Of a DNA stretch of 64,000 bases, positions 56,984 to 64,000 are shown piece by piece (the stretch's first letter is position 1; each line of letters begins with the position of its first letter). A program made the translations under genes and the position numbers. This DNA is from Myxococcota bacterium (lineage in GTDB: Bacteria > Myxococcota > XYA12-FULL-58-9 > JABJBS01). The stretch spans positions 101,707-165,706 of the forward strand of contig JAYZAY010000062.1 of assembly GCA_036339465.1 (NCBI GenBank), given 5' to 3'. The notes beneath the pieces were generated by a model. That model was given only the letters and a program-made list of their open reading frames with translations, was not told where the DNA came from and did not search any database.

Positions 56984-58669
56984 TCATCGAGATTTGACAC
57001 GAAAGAAATCCGAAAGGATTTTGCCATTGAATTCTTGGGTGTTTGCTTTGGCATCGGGAATGAATTCATTTATTTGAATATTCGTCTTGTTTTCTGACCA
57101 GTCGATGGTGCGGCGAATAAATATCTTGCCAGGATGGACTCGCGCGACTTCCACAATGGTATCGAACTGATTGGCGAGAGATGCCCAAGGTAATTTCTCG
57201 GATTGGAATTGAAGCCAGGGGGCGATTGATATGAGGGTATAGGCAAGTTCTTCTAGCGTGATGCCGGATACGCCAATGACCATACCCAGAGATTGCGTAA
57301 ATAGTTTTGGTATTAGCTTTAATTCTTCTCGTTTGTTCCCTACTTGACACAGAAATCTCTCGGGTCGCCAGCCGTTGATAATGGCGCAGATTGTATCGGG
57401 ATGTTCCAAGCTTTTGGCACTTAATTGAAGTTTGTTTTCCAGGTTATCTAGGTTTAGGGAAGCGGGCGTTATGCTAATGACTCTTTCGGTTTTGCCAAAA
57501 TTTTGAGAGGCACTATGGAGAAGTTGTTCGAGAGCTCGATTGTCGCTGCCCAATATCAGGACATTGCCTTGGCGGGTAAGCGCTTGCAGGGTTGAATCGA
57601 ACATAGCTGCATTTGCGAGTATTTGTGGAGACGTGTTTTGGAGGGGAGACCTAGATATCAGAGCTTGTATTTGTTTGTGGGTTATGGGCGGAAATGTTAA
57701 TTCTATGTCTAAGTTACCTTGGGTCATTTTATGGTAACCAAGATTTACAGCGCTCGGATTGGAGGCTGTCACTGAATTGACGAGGGTTCGCAAGGCCGCA
57801 TGGATTTCTACCAATTCCCTAAGTTCTGGGTTGGCGGATTGCTGGGAGGTTCCCATGAGAGTTCCTTCTCCAGAGGATGAGAGAATAATCTGGTCCAATT
57901 CCGTTTCTCTCATTGCGTTGTCAAGAGAATCAATCAAGCGACTGAGTTCGGTTTCTGCCACGGGCAGTTCTTCGGCGAGCACGATTTTTTCGATTTGTTG
58001 GATATAGGTATCAAAATTGGTGGATTTACAAGTGGCGGGCGCCGGCCCTGGGAGGGGAGAGGCCCGCTGAACTTCTTGGTCGGAATACTTGAGGACGATC
58101 TCTTCGGTTAGGTGGTGATTGCCCAATTTTGCTTTGGGGCTCAGGGAGCTTTGCGCTCTCAGTCCATCCTCGGGATCGTCTTGTTTATCGGCAACTTGTT
58201 CCTCTTTTTCAATGTCTTCCATAGCCGCAAATACATTACGCTCAAAGTCTGGTCCGGAGCCGGTAGGATTCACTCCCGAAAGCTCCCAGTCGTCTCCGAA
58301 TTTACTTTTTAAGGTTTCAGGCCGAATGGAACCACGAGTTTCTTGGCGTGAAATTTGGGCGTCTGGAGAATCTTGTTCAACCTCGGATATTTCAATTGTA
58401 TAGTCTCCTAGGAATATTTTGTCGCCGGGGCTGAGACTGCGCTCATTATCGATTCTATGACCATTGACGAAGGTACCGTTGGTGCTTCTCCTATCCACGA
58501 TGCTTATTTCTGTGGTTTTTTTATAGTCTATAATTGCGTGTCGTTTAGATATGTTATGTTTTGGAAGAACAATGTCATTTTGGGTCGACCTCCCTATACT
58601 TATTTCGCCTTTTACGAAACTTCGCTTTTCCGTAGGCCCATTCTTTTGCTCAACCGACAAATGTAGCAT
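56984..58669 (-). CDS. FHA domain fused to a degenerate CpaF/TadA (VirB11-like) ATPase fold; start revised to ATG 58669
   Basis: FHA GRSTQNDIVLPKHNISKRH...STNGTFVNG. The C-terminal PPI, NVLILG, ERVISI and RPERFL segments fall in CpaF order, but Walker A/B are lost. Confidence 0.65.
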   Translation of the reverse strand: MLHLSVEQKNGPTEKRSFVKGEISIGRSTQNDIVLPKHNISKRHAIIDYKKTTEISIVDRRSTNGTFVNGHRIDNERSLSPGDKIFLGDYTIEISEVEQDSPDAQISRQETRGSIRPETLKSKFGDDWELSGVNPTGSGPDFERNVFAAMEDIEKEEQVADKQDDPEDGLRAQSSLSPKAKLGNHHLTEEIVLKYSDQEVQRASPLPGPAPATCKSTNFDTYIQQIEKIVLAEELPVAETELSRLIDSLDNAMRETELDQIILSSSGEGTLMGTSQQSANPELRELVEIHAALRTLVNSVTASNPSAVNLGYHKMTQGNLDIELTFPPITHKQIQALISRSPLQNTSPQILANAAMFDSTLQALTRQGNVLILGSDNRALEQLLHSASQNFGKTERVISITPASLNLDNLENKLQLSAKSLEHPDTICAIINGWRPERFLCQVGNKREELKLIPKLFTQSLGMVIGVSGITLEELAYTLISIAPWLQFQSEKLPWASLANQFDTIVEVARVHPGKIFIRRTIDWSENKTNIQINEFIPDAKANTQEFNGKILSDFFRVKSR

Positions 58670-58767
58670 GATATTGATTCTTCTAAAGTATTGTTTCAAT
58701 TAAAGAAATAACTCAAAATGCGAGATAGAAGCAACCGAGAACTCCATTCTTCCTGGTCACCGGATTC

Positions 58768-60072
58768 TCAATCTTTGAGTATGTCTTTTAGGGAGGTTGT
58801 TTTAGTGGCTGGTTTTTGCGCGAGGGAATGTTCAATGCGTTGAAGTAATTTGGCATAATCCCCGGATGCTTCCCTTAAGTGGGGTATCAGTTCTTCTGTT
58901 TGAGTGCGGTCCAGGATTTCTTGGAGGGGCAAGTTTTTGGGGGCTTGACTTGGTAGCCAGGTTCCAGCTTTGGTTTCAAGTAACCAGCCTGCTTCTTCTA
59001 GCCAGACCAGAGCGCGTTGCGTTGTTTCTTTTGCGCCAATTTCCCTCGCAAGATCTTCGATATCCATGGGTTTTTGACCCAGAAGGAATGCTTGATTGAT
59101 TAGGAGGAGTATCTTTAGAATGGGTTCACCAAGGAGATTTTCTGACACTTCAAGGTTATTGGCGCGGTATGCCCGATCTTGATTCGCGTGTTCTTGGTGG
59201 GATTTTTGTACTGCGAAGGTGAGTTGGGCTCCAAAGAGGAAAATGATCCATGAAACGTAGAGCCAGAGCATGAAGAGAGGGATGACCGAAAGCGAACCGT
59301 AGACGGCGTGAAGGGTGAGGGCTTTTTTGGCATAGAATGCATAGCCGAATTTGGCCAAGTTCCAAAGGCCTCCCGCGAGAACGGCTGAGCCAGCAGCGAT
59401 TTGGATGTCGACTTTGGTGTTGGGGACGGCCACATACATGAGGGTCATGGCAAACCAAGTGATCAGAAATGGAGAAGTGTGCAGGAGTATCTGGGAGAAG
59501 TTGCCTAGAGTTTGAAACCAAGTCACAAAGGCTGAGGTCTGGAAAGCTGCGGTGAGGGCAAATGAGCCGGCTAAGAGAATGGGGCCCATGGTCAGGATAG
59601 CCCAATAAGCCAAAAGTCGTATGACCAGTGATCTTTTGATTCGGGTTGCGAAAATCTGGTTTAGAGAATTTTCTATGTGTTGAAGCAGAGAAACCACCGA
59701 AAGGACCAGGATAAAAAATGCTACTTGGCTAATTTTTCCCGTTTCGAGGTGGTTTAGGAAACCTTCAACGGGAATGGCGATAGCCTGGAGGACTTCTGAT
59801 GAAAATGAAAAGTGCTCAATGAGGAGATTTTCGACTTGTGTTTGTAGGGACTTGACGTCTCCAAGAATCTTTAGGAATGCGAATACCACGGCGAGGGCCG
59901 GGACAATTGCCAACAACGTATCGAAGGTGAGGGCTTGCGCGTGAAGCTTAACGTCTCTCCACGCAGTACGCCGCACTAGATTAACGATCGCTCTTTGCCA
60001 GGGACCGCTGTTTTCTGAAAGGGAAAAACCAGGTATACGATCCCAAAGTGGTTTTCTTTGAGGTTCAACCAT
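58768..60072 (-). CDS. YihY/BrkB family membrane protein with a C-terminal winged helix
   Basis: AQALTFDTLLAIVP, IENSLNQIF, YWAILTMGP, VPNTKV, YGSLSVIPLFMLWLYVSW. Confidence 0.92.
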   Translation of the reverse strand: MVEPQRKPLWDRIPGFSLSENSGPWQRAIVNLVRRTAWRDVKLHAQALTFDTLLAIVPALAVVFAFLKILGDVKSLQTQVENLLIEHFSFSSEVLQAIAIPVEGFLNHLETGKISQVAFFILVLSVVSLLQHIENSLNQIFATRIKRSLVIRLLAYWAILTMGPILLAGSFALTAAFQTSAFVTWFQTLGNFSQILLHTSPFLITWFAMTLMYVAVPNTKVDIQIAAGSAVLAGGLWNLAKFGYAFYAKKALTLHAVYGSLSVIPLFMLWLYVSWIIFLFGAQLTFAVQKSHQEHANQDRAYRANNLEVSENLLGEPILKILLLINQAFLLGQKPMDIEDLAREIGAKETTQRALVWLEEAGWLLETKAGTWLPSQAPKNLPLQEILDRTQTEELIPHLREASGDYAKLLQRIEHSLAQKPATKTTSLKDILKD

Positions 60073-60115
60073 CCTTATCAGAGTTTATCACGGAATCTTA
60101 TACTGGCGCGAATCT

Positions 60116-60649
60116 CTAGAATGGGACGTCATCTTCAGTAATGGGAGGTGGGCCGAAATCGTAGTCTGCTGGCCCATCGCTCGACTGATTATCGTTTGAC
60201 TGATTATCGTTTGACTGTGAGCCACCCCGATGATTATTCTGGTGACTATTTTGATTGTTATAACTGTTGTTATTATTGCTATAGCCACCTTGGGTGTTGG
60301 CTTGTGGCGCATCACCTCGGCCGCCAAGAAAACGAATATCCCGTGCTTCTACTTCGGTGGTGTATCGCTTGTTGCCGTCTCGGTCTTCCCAGGATCGTGT
60401 TTTGATCTTTCCTTCTAAGTAAACTTGTCGACCCTTGGCGAGGTATTCTCCACAAAGTTCGGCTAATTTTCCCCAAACGACGATCCGATGCCACTCGGTT
60501 TTATCTTGGCGTTGTCCACTTTTATCGGTCCAGGATTCAGAGGTGGCGAGACTAAAATTTGCCACTGCCTGACCACCGGGTGTGTATCGGACCTCTGGGT
60601 CCGCGCCTAGGTGTCCCACCAAAATGACTTTGTTTACTCCGTTGGCCAT
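60116..60649 (-). CDS. ssb: Single-stranded DNA-binding protein
   Basis: [22 protein letters not shown], acidic tail DDVPF. Confidence 0.97.
   Translation of the reverse strand: MANGVNKVILVGHLGADPEVRYTPGGQAVANFSLATSESWTDKSGQRQDKTEWHRIVVWGKLAELCGEYLAKGRQVYLEGKIKTRSWEDRDGNKRYTTEVEARDIRFLGGRGDAPQANTQGGYSNNNNSYNNQNSHQNNHRGGSQSNDNQSNDNQSSDGPADYDFGPPPITEDDVPF
60183..60217. repeat. 15-bp tandem repeat (GACTGATTATCGTTT x2.3) encoding QSNDN repeats in the SSB linker
   Basis: Seen directly. Confidence 0.9.
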
Positions 60650-60841
60650 TCAATTACTCCTGATATACTGTCTCGAGACGTTTTTCCACCGAACCCGTTA
60701 TTGGGTCCCTTCCAAGCCCGCAACTTCGCACAACCACAGGCCCTAGGGCAATATGGTTTCTCGCAAGAAATTTGGAGAGCTCATAAATCGATCGTAGGCT
60801 CGGGCTGTATTTGGAGGATTTTCCTGGAGAGAGGGAGCGTT

Positions 60842-62146
60842 ATGAGAGAAGAGCTGGGAGCTGGAATGTCGACGAAATCACAAGTTGGTGATTGGAGCGA
60901 AGAATCTTTTGAGGTCTTTCAGGCATTTGCGCAGTCTGACTCCTTGGCTTGGGGGGAACCAGGACTTCAGAAGCCCGATGAATTCTCCGATTTTGAGCTG
61001 GATGATATTGCGTTGCCGCCCGAAAGGATACGTTTTGCGACTGTGGCTCGACTTTATGATAAACAGCATGAATTTATCTCCGATGCAGTTCTAACGAATA
61101 TTTCAGCTGATGGCTTGGCATGTGTCAGTGAAGCGGAATTGGTTACTGGTGAGACTGTTATTTTTCGATTTTCTACTGACCTAGGAGCGGATGAATCGGA
61201 ATTTCCTGCGGAGGTGGTTTGGTGCCGATACAGCGATGGGTCGCAAGAACCTTCCTATGGAATGCGATTTTTGGAATTGGGTCAGGGCGCTAGGGGACAA
61301 CTCGGGCAAATTTTACATGAACGAGGTGAAGGTATTGCCAACGAATGGTCGATGCCCGCTCTACCTTTGCTGGAGAGAGAAGTTCGAGTGGGAAGTTTCG
61401 TGTCGCCATGGTTGGCTGGAGCAGCTGGTTTGGCGATGGGGGTATTGTTGGCCGCAGGTGTTACGTTTGGGACCGACGAGGTAATCTCTGATGAGGCAGG
61501 TGTTAATCAAAGATTCGTGGTGAAGGCAGGCGCGATTTCTGCGTTGGAATCCGCTGGTGAGGTTGTGAGTGAAGCGGTGGAGGTTGATCTCGAAGTTCTA
61601 CCACTCATCGCAGGGGTTGCGACTGCGGAGCAGAAAAAGGCGGAATCGAAAATTTCAGCAAAGAGTGAAGGGGAACCGATAAAAAGTGAATCTAAGTTGG
61701 CTGAAAAACAAATCGACGCGGCTGCAAATCCAGACACACCCTCTCAAGGCGCGGACAAGGCTCTGCAAGACCAGGCAACGCACTCATTACCCGCAGCGGC
61801 GAAAACGTTGAATATGGAGAATAAAGTAAATAAAATTGAAGTCGTAGAGGATTATGGACGTTTGAAGTTGATGATTCCTATCTCCTATGACCTCGGAGGC
61901 AAACCCATCCAGACATTTTGGCTGACAAACCCCCAACGTCTTGTTATCGATATTGGTGGTAAGGCTCGCTCCAGGGTTGGTGCTAAAATCCTTAACCTCC
62001 ACCCTTGGGTCAAAGAGGTGCGAAAGGGCGTTTATCCCGACAAGTTGAGGTATGTGATCGAGACGACTTCCGATGTAGTTCGTCGCTCCAAAGTGCGTGG
62101 AAACGGAGAAACCATCACCGTAAATCTACGTCAGAGAAGTAACTAG
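60842..62146 (+). CDS. PilZ-TM-AMIN domain protein; start revised to ATG 60842
   Basis: GAGGGAG RBS; PilZ (NISADG, AEVVW, YGMRF); TM helix; C-terminal AMIN (FWLTNPQRLVIDI...VKEVRKG...LRYVIE). Confidence 0.8.
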   Translation: MREELGAGMSTKSQVGDWSEESFEVFQAFAQSDSLAWGEPGLQKPDEFSDFELDDIALPPERIRFATVARLYDKQHEFISDAVLTNISADGLACVSEAELVTGETVIFRFSTDLGADESEFPAEVVWCRYSDGSQEPSYGMRFLELGQGARGQLGQILHERGEGIANEWSMPALPLLEREVRVGSFVSPWLAGAAGLAMGVLLAAGVTFGTDEVISDEAGVNQRFVVKAGAISALESAGEVVSEAVEVDLEVLPLIAGVATAEQKKAESKISAKSEGEPIKSESKLAEKQIDAAANPDTPSQGADKALQDQATHSLPAAAKTLNMENKVNKIEVVEDYGRLKLMIPISYDLGGKPIQTFWLTNPQRLVIDIGGKARSRVGAKILNLHPWVKEVRKGVYPDKLRYVIETTSDVVRRSKVRGNGETITVNLRQRSN

Positions 62147-62206
62147 TCTAGCAATACCTCGTACTTTTTGACGGTTTTTCCTGAGATAAATATCAGGAGC
62201 GTGCCA

Positions 62207-62230
62207 GACTTTTCCCGCTGACTTTTCCCG
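62207..62230. repeat. 11-bp direct repeat GACTTTTCCCG-CT-GACTTTTCCCG in an intergenic region
   Basis: Seen directly at 62207-62217 and 62220-62230. Confidence 0.85.
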
Positions 62231-62444
62231 ACGCTGCTTTACAAATAGGATTAGGGAAAATAGGGCTGAGCTGCGTTATCATTGCTCGGTTGAGCCGGGG
62301 GAAGAACGTCAATTATTTGGTAGATTTTCCTCGATTTTCAAAGCACGAACGCGCAATCCGGAGTACAATCCTGAGTTCGAAGTAGAGTGTTTTGGCTCTT
62401 CTTTGGGAAGCAAGTTCAGTGTCTTTAGAAAGGAATGGGAAGGG

Positions 62445-64000
62445 ATGAATTGGTTTACGTGTAGCGGTGGCCCCATTTTGGACCGGCCAATTCTTAAATT
62501 ATTTCCCCCAGTACTTTTGATATGTTTCCTTTTGGGAATTGGGTGTACTGAACCGTTTGATTCCGTCCGCAATCCCGGGCCGAAATTAACCTTAGGTGAA
62601 GAGTTATACCGGGTTTTCTGTCAGCGGTTGGCAGTGCAGTCTTTTCCTGCGGATTTTACCGGTGAGCTAACGTCTTCTACTTGTCTGTTTGGAGAAGAAC
62701 CACCCTCGGATGCTGCTCCGGCATTCAAGACTCTCCATAGTCGTCGTCCCAAATTGATTCGAGCCTTTGAGTTGGTTCTTGCGGATTCAGTGGGTACGGA
62801 TATGAATGAGTTGTTACAAAAGCTCGTCCCACTTTATGACCAAGGGATTGTTCAGGCACAAGCCCATGCGGTTGGGGATTTTGCGCAGTTGATGTCTGAG
62901 AGCGCCTTGGTTTTAGAGGGGCTGGAGTGGGTGAGTAATCGTGATGGGTATCGGCCAGTGGAGGTTGCAAATGGACTTGCGGCACCGTTGCTCGATTACC
63001 CAAATATGTCTCAATTTCTTGATACGTTCTTGAACACTGTTTTTTCCACCGATGATTTAAGGCCTATTTGGAATGTTCTGGCCCGTTCGCTGGGGGGAGA
63101 GTTGCGGAGTCGAGCAGGCGAACCAGAGATGATTGATAAGGATTTTCAGCGATTGTTAAGTGATTTTCTTTTATGGGAGGACTCGCGCTTTTCTGAAGGC
63201 CGGCGTTTGTTTGCGGTTCAACGAGATCCCAGGGGGGTCGTGAGGGTCTCAGGAGAGACTGCAGCTGATTGGGAAGTTGGTTTTGCGGATACCGATTTTG
63301 ATGGGAATCCGGATGTTGATCAATGGGGAAGGTTTACGGATTCTCAAGGAGAGGTCTTGGGTTTTGGTAGCCCGTTTCCATCCGAAAACTCCTCGGCGAG
63401 TGATTCGAGGGACAATCATGGCCGTTTGATGAATCAGGCAGGTGGGTATGTCTATCGTTATTTTGATTCACTTAATACCACAACGGCAGGTGTTTTACAT
63501 GAGGCAACGCGGTTGATTGATTATGACCCCGAGCTACCTCTCGAACTGATGGCGGGTATAGGGCCTTGGTTAGGAGAGCGAAGTGATAAGACCCTCACTT
63601 TAGAAGATGGCACCCAATTGCCCTATTTAGGGGTGAATACATCAACCAGTCCGATTTTGGATTTTGTTCATGCGAGTACTTTCCTGCTAAATAGTTCGGA
63701 AGTGATTTCTCTCTCGGAGCTTCTGCTGAATATTGTAAAAGAAGAGCCGATATTGTTGGCGAAAAATGTAGACGTTATTCGGGATCTCTTTGACCGTTTG
63801 GACGTGCCTCCGTTTAACGAGATTGAGTTGAATGCCAATCATCAGCTTGTGGATGAGTTGCTTGTTATTCTAAAAGAAATCGCTTTGGTTCCTGGATTGC
63901 TCGAAGATTTGGTTTCGGCTCTGGGCTCAGAGAAAGGGCGCAAATTGGGTGACTATTTCGGTCGGTATATGAAGTACCGAGATAAGGTGGACGTATTGAT
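62445..64000 (+). CDS. Large myxobacterial-type lipoprotein, 3'-truncated (absent from the ORF track because no stop falls in the window)
   Basis: Partial manual translation: MNWF...LLICFLLGIGC lipobox, TLGEELYRVFCQRL, RDGYRP, RDPRG and DTDFDGNPDVD. Confidence 0.8.
   Translation, partial: MNWFTCSGGPILDRPILKLFPPVLLICFLLGIGCTEPFDSVRNPGPKLTLGEELYRVFCQRLAVQSFPADFTGELTSSTCLFGEEPPSDAAPAFKTLHSRRPKLIRAFELVLADSVGTDMNELLQKLVPLYDQGIVQAQAHAVGDFAQLMSESALVLEGLEWVSNRDGYRPVEVANGLAAPLLDYPNMSQFLDTFLNTVFSTDDLRPIWNVLARSLGGELRSRAGEPEMIDKDFQRLLSDFLLWEDSRFSEGRRLFAVQRDPRGVVRVSGETAADWEVGFADTDFDGNPDVDQWGRFTDSQGEVLGFGSPFPSENSSASDSRDNHGRLMNQAGGYVYRYFDSLNTTTAGVLHEATRLIDYDPELPLELMAGIGPWLGERSDKTLTLEDGTQLPYLGVNTSTSPILDFVHASTFLLNSSEVISLSELLLNIVKEEPILLAKNVDVIRDLFDRLDVPPFNEIELNANHQLVDELLVILKEIALVPGLLEDLVSALGSEKGRKLGDYFGRYMKYRDKVDVL

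Noticed and set aside
60183..60217. SSB linker tandem repeat as a functional element
   Set aside because: Low-complexity repeats are ordinary in the disordered SSB linker.
60611..60841. N-terminal extension of the PilZ-AMIN ORF overlapping ssb
   Set aside because: It would overlap the divergent ssb start and promoter region; a better RBS and ATG lie at 60842.
62192..62206. Sigma54 promoter on the minus strand (TGGCACG...)
   Set aside because: The -12 GC is absent at the required spacing, and it would point antisense into the PilZ-AMIN gene.
1..64000. CRISPR array, rRNA/tRNA genes, transposases, integrases or prophage genes
   Set aside because: No regularly spaced repeats, cloverleaf-like segments or mobile-element motifs were found by eye. 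A short RNA gene could still have been missed.

Overview
Core chromosomal DNA from a bacterium whose gene content points to a Myxococcota-like deltaproteobacterium. GC looks close to 50% by eye (not computed), well below that of cultured myxobacteria. The main feature is a contiguous eight-gene Glt/Nfs-type trans-envelope operon (two beta-barrels, gltC, gltD, gltE, gltF, gltG, gltH; 10357-20939). It has a candidate structured 5' leader, and a GltI/GltJ-like pair lies about 7 kb upstream; no aglRQS motor genes are in the window. The rest is mostly housekeeping and metabolism: mtnP, murI, trxB, cystathionine beta-synthase, icmF, a thiolase, a LeuA/NifV-family synthase, sfsA, ygfZ, cysC, ssb and two sigma54 activators. 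Oddities worth follow-up: an enolase with intact catalytic motifs broken by one in-frame TAG; an orphan acidic protein resembling CRISPR Csm2/Cas11; a tandem pair of roadblock/MglB-like paralogues with a 17-bp direct repeat between them; an FHA-fused CpaF-like ATPase with destroyed Walker motifs next to an FHA-FHA-TM-TPR protein; and a PilZ-TM-AMIN protein. I saw no rRNA, tRNA, CRISPR array, transposase or prophage. All family calls come from motif recognition, not database searches.
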